A stretch of DNA of 64,000 nt from an uncultured Actinomycetes bacterium (GTDB taxonomy: Bacteria > SZUA-79 > Acidulodesulfobacterales > Acidulodesulfobacteraceae), in NCBI GenBank assembly GCA_964631685.1, contig CAZVZU010000001.1:32001-96000 (forward strand). Direction: 5' to 3'. Within the stretch, counting starts at the first letter, position 1. The number at the start of each line of letters is the position of its first letter. This document shows positions 9,907 to 19,878 of the stretch, piece by piece. Made by a program: the position numbers and the translations under genes. A model generated the notes under the pieces. It was not told the DNA's origin and searched no databases. It saw only the letters and a list, made by a program, of their open reading frames with translations.

Positions 9907-10980
9907 ATGAATAGCAACCGTATAGACAATATTCTGATCATAAAATTAAGCTCTATAGGCGATTGTCTGCTTGCGACCCCTGCGATAGAATCTATAAGGA
10001 GGAGGTACCCGGATAGTTTTATTGCATGGCTTATAGAGGGTAAGTCAAAGGATATCGCTTTATTAAATCCTCATGTAGATGAAGTGCTAGTAATCAATAA
10101 AGACAAATTTAAAATTCGTGATTATTTTTCTTTAATAAAAAAATTAAGAAGGCGTAAGTTTGATTTAGCGATTGATTTGCAGGGCGTTGACAGGACATCT
10201 ATTTTTTCATTCTTGAGTGGTGCCAAGATGAGATATGTGGTGGAGTACGCAAAGTTGAGTTTCTTGAGCACTAAAAAGATTAATAAAGAAGGACGGCCGA
10301 TTGAGCATGCCGTTGATTTTTACCTATTTCTTGCTGAAAAGTGCGGCGGCAAAAAAATATCTAATGTTAATCTTACACTTGTTACCGGCAAAGAGGATAA
10401 AAAATTTGCTGATGTTTTTTTAGATGGTAATTTTAGTATAAGGCGTAATAATATATTTGTAGGTATAAATCCGGCAGGAACATGGAAAACAAAAAGGTGG
10501 CCGATTAAATATTTTATAGAACTTTCCAAAAGACTTATTTCTTCTTTTGATCTAAATATGGTTATTTTTGGCGGTAAAGGCGATGAGTCTCTTGCGCAGG
10601 ATATTTTAAAAGGGGTTAGCAGTGATAATATCAAAAGTGTTGTGTCCAAGACTACGCTAAAACAAGCAAAGGAACTTCTCGCAAGAATGGATTACTTTAT
10701 AACACCTGACAGTGGTTTAATGCATATCGCCTCTAGTATTGAAAGCCTTAAGACAATTGCATTGTTTGGGTCAACTGACCCCGCTCTTACTGGACCCTTT
10801 GGGGTTAATAATGTAGTTTTAAGGGATAACCTGTATTGCATGCCCTGCTTTAAAAAGGAATGCCCGCTTAATAAGATTGAAAATGAAAACTTTAAGGAGT
10901 GTGTTTTGTGTATGAGAAGAATTACTCCAGATATAGTTTTCGATGTGATAAACAAAGATATTCAGGGGAATAACACATAA
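9907..10980 (+). CDS. GT9 LPS heptosyltransferase (WaaC/WaaF-like)
   Basis: KLSSIGDCLLATP, IDLQG, KRWP, DSGLMHIA, LFGSTDP, CxPC. Confidence 0.9.
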   Translation: MNSNRIDNILIIKLSSIGDCLLATPAIESIRRRYPDSFIAWLIEGKSKDIALLNPHVDEVLVINKDKFKIRDYFSLIKKLRRRKFDLAIDLQGVDRTSIFSFLSGAKMRYVVEYAKLSFLSTKKINKEGRPIEHAVDFYLFLAEKCGGKKISNVNLTLVTGKEDKKFADVFLDGNFSIRRNNIFVGINPAGTWKTKRWPIKYFIELSKRLISSFDLNMVIFGGKGDESLAQDILKGVSSDNIKSVVSKTTLKQAKELLARMDYFITPDSGLMHIASSIESLKTIALFGSTDPALTGPFGVNNVVLRDNLYCMPCFKKECPLNKIENENFKECVLCMRRITPDIVFDVINKDIQGNNT

Positions 10981-10987
10981 AATATTC

Positions 10988-12067
10988 ATGGCTAACAAAA
11001 ACAATAATAACAATTTTTTGATATTTGCTAATAATTATATTGGTGATACGCTGATGTTGACACCAGCTATCAGGGCGCTTAAATCTAAATTTTCGGAAAG
11101 TAAAATTATTGTTGTGGTGTCCAAGGGCGCATCTCCTGTTTTAAAAAGAAATTCCGATATATGGAAAGTAGTTGAGACTGAAAAAATTAGAGGGATATGG
11201 GGTATATTGGGCGTTTTGGGTCTTTTCCTGAAATTAAGAAAATTAAAATCAAAAGAGTTGAATATAAAAAAATTTTATGTCTGTATTAATTTTTTAAGAT
11301 CCTTCAAGTTTGCTATTATGGGTGCTTTACTCTCTAAAAGACAGGTCGGGGAAGACAGAAGATTGAATAATTTTTTTTTTCACGATAAAATTGGTTTAGA
11401 TAAAAGTTTACATAATATCGATAAGTCCCTTAAATTTGCCGAGCTGTTTTATGCAAAACGCGAACACTTAAGCAGAAGTTGTATTTATAATGTATATGCA
11501 GACGATATAAAAAATGCCAAGAATATCCTAAAAAATTATTTTAAGGATTATGACGATAATTTTAAGATGGTTTTATTTGCTCCGGGCTCAACAAGAAAAT
11601 CAAAAGAGGCAAATCCCGAAACTTTTTCTCTTTTTGCTGATTACTTAAATAACATAGGGTACCACATAGTTGTAACAGGTGCTAAAAAAGATGTAGATTT
11701 ATCCGGAGAAATATTCAATAATATTACGAATAAGCGTCTTTGCATTGATGTAACGGGTCTAACTGATATTTATATACTTGGCGGATTAATAAAACTTTCC
11801 TCCCTTGTCGTCAGTGTAGATAATGGGACTATGCATCTATCGTCTGCAATAAAGGTTCCCTTAATAGCCCTTTTTGGATCCACAGATCCTACTATTTGCG
11901 GTCCTATTTCGGAAAATAGCTATGTGATAGATAAAAAAAAAGAATGTTATCATTGCTTTAAATATAATTGTTCAAGGGAAAGTTTTAATAAAAATGGTTT
12001 TCCGGACTGTATGGGATTTATAGTTCTGGATGATTTAGTAGAAGGGACAAAGAGGGTATTAAAATGA
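10988..12067 (+). CDS. GT9 LPS heptosyltransferase (WaaF-like), second paralogue
   Basis: NYIGDTLMLTPAI, DNGTMHLS, LFGSTDP, CYHC. Confidence 0.87.
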   Translation: MANKNNNNNFLIFANNYIGDTLMLTPAIRALKSKFSESKIIVVVSKGASPVLKRNSDIWKVVETEKIRGIWGILGVLGLFLKLRKLKSKELNIKKFYVCINFLRSFKFAIMGALLSKRQVGEDRRLNNFFFHDKIGLDKSLHNIDKSLKFAELFYAKREHLSRSCIYNVYADDIKNAKNILKNYFKDYDDNFKMVLFAPGSTRKSKEANPETFSLFADYLNNIGYHIVVTGAKKDVDLSGEIFNNITNKRLCIDVTGLTDIYILGGLIKLSSLVVSVDNGTMHLSSAIKVPLIALFGSTDPTICGPISENSYVIDKKKECYHCFKYNCSRESFNKNGFPDCMGFIVLDDLVEGTKRVLK

Positions 12068-13023
12068 GAATTTCAGGATTTACTTTTATCAGAAACGGCA
12101 CTCTAATGGGATATCCATTTATAGAGTCTATTAAATCGGCGCTTCCGTTGTGCGATGAATTTATTGCGGTTGCTTGTGAGAGTTCTGATAACACAAAACA
12201 GAAGTTAGAAGAATTAAGCGATGAAAATCCGAAGATTAAAATTATATACTCCGACTGGAATGTCAAAAGAAAAAGCGGGGCTATTTTATCTGAAAAAACC
12301 AATATTGCTATAAAAAATATTAGCGGGGACTACGGCTTATATATTCAGTGCGATGAGGGGCTGCACGAAAAGGATTATGAAGGAATAATCGAGACGCTGG
12401 AGCGTAATTTAAATAATAATGAGATAAAAGGGTTTGTTTTTGATTATATACATTTTTTTGGGGGATATTTTTCATATGCTAAGAAAACGGAAAAAAAATT
12501 CTTTTACGATAAAGAGGTGCGTATAATAAGAAATGACGGCACAGTCTTTTCATGGGGCGATGCAATGGGTTTTAAGGACATAAACGGCATGAAGATAAAT
12601 ATAGAAAATAAAAATGCCGTTGAGCTTAATGCAAGGGTGTATCATTACGGCAGGGCAAAAAATCCTATTGGTATGTATAATAAAGATAAGGAGATGGAGA
12701 GACTTTATAACCATAATATAATAAATACTTTAAAAAACTGGGTTTCTAATTATAGTCCACGTGTCGATAAATATATTTACTCCGATTTTAACTGGCTCGA
12801 AAGGATAGACAGGAATAATTTGGGATTTCACCCCGCGCCCTTTAGAGAACTTGCGAGGATGCAGGATTGGGATGTTGATGATTTCAAGATGTTTAGAAAA
12901 GAGAAAAAGGGCATAAAACAGTTTTTTCGCATGATTGTATATAAAATGGTTAAGGATGTCATAAATGAAACATCTAACGCGATAAAAAAAATATTATCAC
13001 TTCTAAACAATAACAAAATTTAA
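12064..13023 (+). CDS. GT-A fold (GT2-like) glycosyltransferase
   Basis: ISGFTFIRNG...YPFIESIKS, SSDNT, IQCDE (DxD-like), VYHYG; ATGA overlap with upstream GT9. Confidence 0.75.
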   Translation: MRISGFTFIRNGTLMGYPFIESIKSALPLCDEFIAVACESSDNTKQKLEELSDENPKIKIIYSDWNVKRKSGAILSEKTNIAIKNISGDYGLYIQCDEGLHEKDYEGIIETLERNLNNNEIKGFVFDYIHFFGGYFSYAKKTEKKFFYDKEVRIIRNDGTVFSWGDAMGFKDINGMKINIENKNAVELNARVYHYGRAKNPIGMYNKDKEMERLYNHNIINTLKNWVSNYSPRVDKYIYSDFNWLERIDRNNLGFHPAPFRELARMQDWDVDDFKMFRKEKKGIKQFFRMIVYKMVKDVINETSNAIKKILSLLNNNKI

Positions 13024-13030
13024 ATAAAAG

Positions 13031-14152
13031 ATGAAGATATTAGAGTTCATAACCCCTTCTAATGTAGGGGGTGCGGAAAATTACCTGGTGAATCTTGCGG
13101 GTAAACTTAAAAAAAAAGGGCACGACGTATATATTTTATCTTCCAAACCGCGCAATAGTAAAAATCAAGATTTATCTGTCAAGGAACTCTTTGGCAAAAG
13201 CGGACTCCCGTTAAAGATGATAAACATTGATTTTAAGTACAGCCCTATTGTCATTCTTAGAATACTGTATTTTTCGAAAAAGAACAATATAGAGATAATA
13301 CATACTAATCTTTCCAGGGCAAACATAATCGGAGCTATTGTAGCAAAAATCTTAGGGATTAAGTCTGTGGCGACGGCACACGGGTTAAATAAGAGGTCTC
13401 AATATAAATATGTAGACCGTACCATATGTGTATCTGATGCTGTTAAGAGACATCTTTTAATGCAGGGTATGAATGAAAAACGGCTTAATGTGATATATAA
13501 CGGAATAGATACAGATAAGTTTAATCCGGCGGCGGAAGGATTGCAGAGAAGAATTTTAAAAAGAAACATTACTGATAAAAATAATAAAGAATGCACTGCA
13601 TTTAATGTAGGAATGATTGCACGATTGTCCCGTGAAAAGGGAGTAGACCTATTTTTAGAAGCGGCACGCTCTGTGTTAAAGGAGCTTCCATGCGCAAAAT
13701 TTTTTATTGCGGGAAGTGGCGCGTTAAAAAGGGAGTTGATAAAAAAAGCCGACAATTTGGGGATAGGTAATTCGGTCTACTTTTTAGGGTTTGTGGGGAA
13801 TAATTTAGTTTCTTTTATAAATGAACTAGATGTTGTTGTTTTCCCTTCGTCAAAAGAGGGATTACCACTTTCCCTTATTGAATCTATGTCCATGGAAAAG
13901 GTCGTAATAGTTTCTGATGCCGGCGGAATGTCCGAGGTTGTACAAGATGGCAAAAACGGTTTTGTGGTGAAAAAAGGGGATATAGATAGTATTTATCAAA
14001 AATTGATTTTTGTGTGTAATAACAGAGATATCGCCAAAGATATAAGTAGAGAGGCCAGAAAAACCGTAGTGGAAAGATTTAATATAGATATCATGGCGGA
14101 CAAAACCGAAGATTTGTTTAAAACTATTTTACGTGGTAAGGAAGAATTATGA
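13031..14152 (+). CDS. GT4 glycosyltransferase
   Basis: GGAENY, TAHG, IYNGID, RLSREKG, EGLPLSLIESM (EX7E). Confidence 0.9.
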   Translation: MKILEFITPSNVGGAENYLVNLAGKLKKKGHDVYILSSKPRNSKNQDLSVKELFGKSGLPLKMINIDFKYSPIVILRILYFSKKNNIEIIHTNLSRANIIGAIVAKILGIKSVATAHGLNKRSQYKYVDRTICVSDAVKRHLLMQGMNEKRLNVIYNGIDTDKFNPAAEGLQRRILKRNITDKNNKECTAFNVGMIARLSREKGVDLFLEAARSVLKELPCAKFFIAGSGALKRELIKKADNLGIGNSVYFLGFVGNNLVSFINELDVVVFPSSKEGLPLSLIESMSMEKVVIVSDAGGMSEVVQDGKNGFVVKKGDIDSIYQKLIFVCNNRDIAKDISREARKTVVERFNIDIMADKTEDLFKTILRGKEEL

Positions 14153-15129
14153 ATGAAAATTTGTTAGATATCGTGAAAAGGTTTAATAAAGCAAGGATAC
14201 TTGTCATAGGTGATGTTATGGTTGATCATTTCATTTATGGGACGGTTAGCAGGATATCCCCTGAAGCACCTGTTCCTGTGGTAAATGTTCAGTCTGAAGA
14301 ATTAATGCTTGGTGGTGCTGCCAATGTTGTAAATAATGCAGCTAAACTGGGTGCAAGCGTACACGTTTTCGGTATTGTCGGAAATGATCATAACGGTGAT
14401 ATCCTTAAGCAATTAATTAATAAGGACAATGTTAATTCCGAAGGCATATTGACCATTGATGGTTTTCAAACAATTACAAAGACAAGAATAATTGCGCATA
14501 ATCAACAAATAGTGAGATTCGACAAGGAATACAACGGAAAATTTAAACAGCATGCATATAAGGTGCTTATTTCCAATATTAAAAAGGTTGTTGACGATAT
14601 CGATGCTGTTATAATTTCAGATTACGGTAAGGGATTAATAGAAAGAAAATTCTTTTCGATAATAGTGAGTTTTTTTAAAGAAAAAGGTAAATTCGTGTCC
14701 CTTGATCCAAAGGTCGAAAATTTCAAATTTTATAAAAATGTTTCAATCTTAACACCCAATATAAATGAGGCATTCGGCGGATCAGGGGTTAAAATAAAAG
14801 ATGAAAAAACCCTTGTCAGGGCGAGTAAAGCAATATTTAAAAGGGTGAAGCCTGAATATTTACTTATCACAAAAGGTGAAGCGGGTATGTCGCTGTTTTA
14901 TCAAGATAGTAAATTTGAGCATTTAAATGCTCGTGCTAAAAAGGTTTATGATGTTACTGGTGCAGGGGATACGGTTATTTCTACTCTCACTGTAGCTAAA
15001 GGTGTTGGTGCAAGTATTTATGAAGCTTGTTGTATTGCGAATATCGCTGCAAGTATTGCCGTTTCGCAATTAGGAACATACGCGGTCAGCATGGATGAAT
15101 TAAGTAAAATTTTGTCGGAACTGGTATAA
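14149..15129 (+). CDS. rfaE1: D-glycero-beta-D-manno-heptose-7-phosphate kinase (stand-alone HldE kinase domain)
   Basis: RISPEAPVPVV, GGAANV, SDYGKG, TPNINE, DVTGAGDTV. Confidence 0.93.
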   Translation: MNENLLDIVKRFNKARILVIGDVMVDHFIYGTVSRISPEAPVPVVNVQSEELMLGGAANVVNNAAKLGASVHVFGIVGNDHNGDILKQLINKDNVNSEGILTIDGFQTITKTRIIAHNQQIVRFDKEYNGKFKQHAYKVLISNIKKVVDDIDAVIISDYGKGLIERKFFSIIVSFFKEKGKFVSLDPKVENFKFYKNVSILTPNINEAFGGSGVKIKDEKTLVRASKAIFKRVKPEYLLITKGEAGMSLFYQDSKFEHLNARAKKVYDVTGAGDTVISTLTVAKGVGASIYEACCIANIAASIAVSQLGTYAVSMDELSKILSELV

Positions 15130-15149
15130 TTCTAAATCACGCAATTGTA

Positions 15150-15179
15150 TTGAATTTTTATTTTAATATGTGTTATAAT
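15150..15179 (+). promoter_or_regulatory. Putative sigma70 promoter for remA-gmk-rpoZ-rel
   Basis: TTGAAT (15150-15155), 18-bp spacer, extended -10 TGtTATAAT (15171-15179), about 50 bp before the DUF370 ATG; AT-rich background lowers specificity. Confidence 0.5.
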
Positions 15180-15227
15180 GAAAGTAGATACAACAATGTT
15201 ATATAATGTGAGTGAGCTGTCTTATAG

Positions 15228-15473
15228 ATGCAAAAATTAATTAACATCGGGTTTGGCAATGTTGTAGTACAAAGCAGGATTGTTGCAGTTGTTTCCCCTA
15301 GTTCTTCACCTATGAAAAGATTGAGAGAAACCGCAAAAGATGGAAATAATCTAGTCGATGCTACAGAGGGAAGAAAGACAAGGTCGGTTATTATCACTGA
15401 TTCCGGACATATTGTTCTTTCGGCTTTAAATACGTCAACCATAATTGCAAGGTTAGAGAAGGATGACAAATAA
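15228..15473 (+). CDS. remA: DUF370 / RemA-family protein
   Basis: LINIGFGNVV, SSPMKRL, DATEGRKTRSVIITDSGH; upstream of gmk. Confidence 0.9.
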   Translation: MQKLINIGFGNVVVQSRIVAVVSPSSSPMKRLRETAKDGNNLVDATEGRKTRSVIITDSGHIVLSALNTSTIIARLEKDDK

Positions 15474-16107
15474 GGGTTTGGCGGATCAGGATTTATCATT
15501 AGACGGTTGTCCAAGAGGATTTGTTATTGCAGTTTCCGCTCCTTCGGGCGCAGGAAAAACCACTCTTTGCAATATGCTTACAAAGGAATTTAGTGATATA
15601 ATGCTGAGCGTGTCTTATACTACGAGATTACAGAGAACAGATGAAGTAGATGGCGTTAGTTATCATTTTATTGATGATGCTGAGTTTGACAAGATGGTAG
15701 CCGCTGACGAATTCATAGAGTGGGCTAATGTTTTTGGCAAAAGGTATGGGACTGCATATAAATCTATGACAGTTGGTAGTGGTTTAAGCGATATCCTTTT
15801 GGAGATAGATGTTCAGGGCGTTGAAAAACTTATAAAATATTACAGGGATAGGGAGACTTCCAATACATTAATCACCGTATTTGTAAAACCGCCCTCATAT
15901 GCTGATTTAAGAGATAGATTAACGAAAAGAGGCGGCATGAGTGGCGAAGAACTAAAGAGGCGGCATGAGTTCTCCCGTGCCGAAATGGAACAAAGTAAGA
16001 TGTACGACTATATAATTACCAACGACGATTTAGATAAGGCATATTTAAAATTAAAGTCTATTATAATTGCCGAACGATGCAGAAATATTAGTAAATATAA
16101 AAAATAA
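15463..16107 (+). CDS. gmk: Guanylate kinase
   Basis: SAPSGAGKTT, SVSYTTR, EWANVFGKRYGT, LEIDVQG. Confidence 0.95.
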   Translation: MTNKGLADQDLSLDGCPRGFVIAVSAPSGAGKTTLCNMLTKEFSDIMLSVSYTTRLQRTDEVDGVSYHFIDDAEFDKMVAADEFIEWANVFGKRYGTAYKSMTVGSGLSDILLEIDVQGVEKLIKYYRDRETSNTLITVFVKPPSYADLRDRLTKRGGMSGEELKRRHEFSRAEMEQSKMYDYIITNDDLDKAYLKLKSIIIAERCRNISKYKK

Positions 16108-16125
16108 ATTAAGGGGATAAATTAA

Positions 16126-16317
16126 ATGGCAAGAGTTACGATAGAAGATTGTTTGTTAAATGTAGAAAATAGGTTTGCACTTGTCGTGATAGCGACTAAA
16201 AGAGCCAGACAGCTTATTGAGGGTGCTCAACCGAAGGTAGTAAGCAAGAATAAATTCGTAGTTGTATCCTTAAGAGAAATCGCACAAGGATATGTTAAGG
16301 TAAAGTCTGCCGATTAA
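16126..16317 (+). CDS. rpoZ: RNA polymerase omega subunit
   Basis: [10 protein letters not shown]...NRFALV...KRARQL...LREIA; between gmk and rel. Confidence 0.95.
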   Translation: MARVTIEDCLLNVENRFALVVIATKRARQLIEGAQPKVVSKNKFVVVSLREIAQGYVKVKSAD

Positions 16318-16347
16318 CTTGCTTTTTATAATACCAAAAATTATACC

Positions 16348-18615
16348 ATGAACTCACACGACCCACTTGTTACCGCAAGTCCTTCCAGCGGCGTTATCTC
16401 GCCGAATAACCTAATAGAAGCGTTCAGAAACAATATTGATAATATTTCCGATATAGGCATAAACGATATACATAGCGAAGAGTTTAAACTGTTTAAAAAG
16501 GCTTATAATTTTTCAAAAAGGGTACATCAAGGACAAAGGAGAGAATCAGGAGAACCATATCTAACCCATCCCATAGAGGTAGCAGCCATAGCAGTAGTGC
16601 TTAAAATGGATTGTGCATCAATAGTTGCCGCATTGTTGCATGATACCGTCGAAGATACCCTTGCGACGATAGACGATATTAAAAATGAGTTCGGGGAAGA
16701 GGTAGCTTTTATAGTTGCTGGGCTAACCAAGTTAGGGAAGCTATCTTTTCAAAGTTCCGAAGAACTTGAAGCTGAAAATATTAGAAAAATGATTGTTGCG
16801 ATGGCAAAGGATATCAGGGTCATAATAATAAAATTAGCGGATAGGCTCCATAACTTGCGGACACTCGGATTTTTAGCAAAAGAGAAAAGAGTTAAAATAG
16901 CGCAGGAAACCTTAGATATTTATGCCCCTCTTGCCAATAGATTGGGCATGTTTTTTATAAAGAGTGAATTAGAGGACCTATCTTTTAAATATTTAAATCC
17001 GGAGGCATATAAAGATTTAACATTCAAGGTAAATAAAAAAAAGACAGAGAGAGAGAGATATATAGAGAATGTTATAGGTATATTGAAAGAAAGTCTTGAA
17101 AAGCACAATCTGAAAGCTGAAATTTATGGACGACCGAAGCATTTTTATAGTATTTACAAAAAAATGATAGGGCAACATGTTAGTTTTGAAGATATATATG
17201 ATTTACTGGCTTTAAGAGTGATAGTTAATACCGAAACAGAATGCTATGAAGCGCTTGGTTTAATTCATTCTCTTTGGAAACCGGTATCTGGTAGAATCAA
17301 GGACTATATTGCAATGCCCAAGGCAAATTTGTACCGTTCACTTCACTCGACGGTAATTGGCCATGAAGGAATGAGGATTGAGATTCAAATAAGAACGAAG
17401 CATATGCACTTTATAGATGAATTTGGTGTTGCGGCACACTGGAAATATAAGGAAAATATGCCGTTTGAAGAGAGCGATTTGAATCAATTTAATTGGCTAA
17501 GGCAGCTCGTAGAATATCAGAAAGAGCTCAATGATCCACGTGAATTTTTGGACAGTGTTAGAATAGATCTTTTTCAGGAAGAGGTTTATGTCTTTACTCC
17601 AAAGGGTAAGGTCATTGCTTTGTCAAAAGATTCTACCCCGATAGATTTTGCATATTATATCCATACCGATGTCGGCAATAAAGCGATGGGAGCAATAGTA
17701 AATGGTGTGATTGTACCATTAAAGCAACAATTGTCTAACGGAGATATAGTTGAAATTATTACGAAAGAAGACCATAATCCATCAAAAGATTGGTTGAAAT
17801 ATGCCAAATCTTCTAAGGCGTTATCGAAAATTAGGAGTTATATACGGCAAACTGAAAGGGATGAAAGTATAACGGCAGGGAAAGAAATATTAGAAAGAGA
17901 ATTTAAGAAGCTCAACTGTAAGAGTGTGGACTTTAAGGAAATGGCCAATATTGCATCACAGAAGCTGTCTATCAAGAATGAAGAAGATCTGTATGCAGGT
18001 ATAGGCTACGGAAAATATTTGCCTTCTTACATATTTTCTAATGCAATAATTGATTATAGAAAAACCCGCAAGCTCTCCTTGATTACTAAAACTACCGAAA
18101 GCGTTATCAGTAAAATTTTAAATAAAATAAAGCCGAGGACAAGAAATAATCGTCAGGCAGGTGGCGAAGCGATAGTATCCCCCTTTGGTGGAGATTTGTT
18201 ATGCAGGCTTGCGGGTTGTTGTCACCCGATACCTGGTGATGATATTGTCGGGTTCATTTCGAGGGGAAGGGGTGTCATTGTCCATAAATTAGACTGCAAT
18301 AATATAATTGGTATTGATGAAAACAGGCTTATAGAAGTTGCGTGGAAAACCTTGTTTGAATCTTCAAAATTTGGCTTAGGTTTTTTTGAGACAAAAATAA
18401 GGATTGTTACGGAAGATAAAAAGGGTATTTTGGCAAATATTGTCACATTAATATCCGAAAAAGGGGCCAATATCTCAAAGGCTCAAGTGAGGACACTTAA
18501 AGACGGAAGAGCGGTGCACCTTTTTGATGTTGAAGTTAAGGACAACGCTCAGGTAGATTCGATCATTGACGATATAAAGGGCGTCAAAGGTGTAATAAAA
18601 ATTAATAGATGCTAA
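16348..18615 (+). CDS. spoT: Bifunctional (p)ppGpp synthetase/hydrolase (long RSH)
   Basis: HD domain LLHDTVED, KLADRLHN, synthetase GRPKHFYSI / EIQIRT, TGS DFAYYIHT, CCHPIPGD, C-terminal ACT. Confidence 0.93.
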   Translation: MNSHDPLVTASPSSGVISPNNLIEAFRNNIDNISDIGINDIHSEEFKLFKKAYNFSKRVHQGQRRESGEPYLTHPIEVAAIAVVLKMDCASIVAALLHDTVEDTLATIDDIKNEFGEEVAFIVAGLTKLGKLSFQSSEELEAENIRKMIVAMAKDIRVIIIKLADRLHNLRTLGFLAKEKRVKIAQETLDIYAPLANRLGMFFIKSELEDLSFKYLNPEAYKDLTFKVNKKKTERERYIENVIGILKESLEKHNLKAEIYGRPKHFYSIYKKMIGQHVSFEDIYDLLALRVIVNTETECYEALGLIHSLWKPVSGRIKDYIAMPKANLYRSLHSTVIGHEGMRIEIQIRTKHMHFIDEFGVAAHWKYKENMPFEESDLNQFNWLRQLVEYQKELNDPREFLDSVRIDLFQEEVYVFTPKGKVIALSKDSTPIDFAYYIHTDVGNKAMGAIVNGVIVPLKQQLSNGDIVEIITKEDHNPSKDWLKYAKSSKALSKIRSYIRQTERDESITAGKEILEREFKKLNCKSVDFKEMANIASQKLSIKNEEDLYAGIGYGKYLPSYIFSNAIIDYRKTRKLSLITKTTESVISKILNKIKPRTRNNRQAGGEAIVSPFGGDLLCRLAGCCHPIPGDDIVGFISRGRGVIVHKLDCNNIIGIDENRLIEVAWKTLFESSKFGLGFFETKIRIVTEDKKGILANIVTLISEKGANISKAQVRTLKDGRAVHLFDVEVKDNAQVDSIIDDIKGVKGVIKINRC

Positions 18616-19610
18616 TGGATCTTTTTAAAGAGTATATTGTTTTCTAAGTGCACATGTATCATTATGTCGTCTGAAATCTCTCTTAGCGATTTGTAGATAT
18701 ATTTATAAGAAGCACACGCATCAGCAGGTGTTGAATAATGAGAACTTAGGGCATCCATCTCCTTAAGAATGTTTCCGGTCTCTTCGTGTTCGCTTATGAT
18801 GTTTTCTATTTCTTTTAATATTGCCTGCGTTTCGGAAACAGTATTGTTGACTTTATCTGTGTGAGTTGATGTATTAACGGTATTTTTTAAGTTTTTTATA
18901 CGAGGAAAAAGATCTTTTTCCTCGTAGTCAAGATGTGGCGTTAATATTGAATTCATTTTTGCAAATAACTCTCTTATCTTGACAACCTCCGGATGATTAC
19001 CTCCGTGGACGTTCGCAACCTTTTCTATATATTCTGTTGCTTCTGGAATATGCACCCTCAAAAATGTATGATGAATGTTTACTATGTAATCAATTAAAAA
19101 ATCTACACTCCAATCTTTGGTTTTTTGATTTAAAAACGTATTTTCTTGACCACTTGCGGGCTTTATATTATCATCGTTTAATTCTGCTACGATCTCATCT
19201 TCATTTATATTTGCAGATTCACAAGCTTCCCTTAATGTTTTGTCTCCACCGCAACAAAAGTCTATTCCGTATTTTTTGAACACATCTATTTTGTCCGGAT
19301 TTTGTGCCACAATGTTGCCTACACTTTCGCCGCTTAATTTATTTGTTATTTCACCTTTTTGAGCATTTAATCCTTTTTTGGTTATCTTAATCCTCCATTT
19401 TGCCGGCCCATTCTCTAAATATTGCCAATCGAATATTTCTCCCTTTTCGGCCAAAAGTTGATAACGAAGTGGTTTTGGATCATGGTCGTTTTTTATAATA
19501 AAACTCTCGCCATCCCTAAGTTCTTCAAATAATTTAAATATGGTTGGATGTTTGAGTTGCGGCTCTATAAGGGTAACATCTAATACGGTCACATCGGTTT
19601 CTTTTTCCAT
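18612..19610 (-). CDS. ric: Iron-sulfur cluster repair di-iron protein (RIC/YtfE/ScdA) with N-terminal DUF2249-like domain
   Basis: IDFCCGG, hemerythrin ligands HH..., H..YEE..LFP, EH, HVHLENNILF; N-terminal KHPTIF...NDHDPKPLRYQ...YLENGP..W typical of DUF2249. Confidence 0.9.
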   Translation of the reverse strand: MEKETDVTVLDVTLIEPQLKHPTIFKLFEELRDGESFIIKNDHDPKPLRYQLLAEKGEIFDWQYLENGPAKWRIKITKKGLNAQKGEITNKLSGESVGNIVAQNPDKIDVFKKYGIDFCCGGDKTLREACESANINEDEIVAELNDDNIKPASGQENTFLNQKTKDWSVDFLIDYIVNIHHTFLRVHIPEATEYIEKVANVHGGNHPEVVKIRELFAKMNSILTPHLDYEEKDLFPRIKNLKNTVNTSTHTDKVNNTVSETQAILKEIENIISEHEETGNILKEMDALSSHYSTPADACASYKYIYKSLREISDDIMIHVHLENNILFKKIH

Positions 19611-19693
19611 TTTTGATTCCTTCCTTAATTTAATAGATTTAACATTTAGATATTATCAGTGTGTCTATTATCCTAAAATTAAAACCGATAAGA

Positions 19694-19709
19694 TATGATT
19701 TTAATCACA
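19694..19709. promoter_or_regulatory. Crp/Fnr-family (HcpR-like) operator upstream of ric
   Basis: TATGA-TTTTAA-TCACA, 9/10 match to TGTGA-N6-TCACA, centred about 90 bp upstream of the ric ATG. Confidence 0.6.
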
Positions 19710-19878
19710 TTGTTAAAATAATTTATTGTCTTAGCTATTATTCATATGCTATCATACTCTTGTGTAAAAGTTAACTTATCACGGCATTTTTTTATTTGTA
19801 TTTTGTTAATTTATGTATTGTGGTGGCAATGCGACGTAAATTCGCATTGAGCTCTTTTTGATTGGAGGGTTACTAAAA

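Noticed and set aside
17046..17057. (AG)6 dinucleotide run in rel/spoT
   Set aside because: Encodes ERER in a conserved, in-frame housekeeping gene; too short to argue for phase variation
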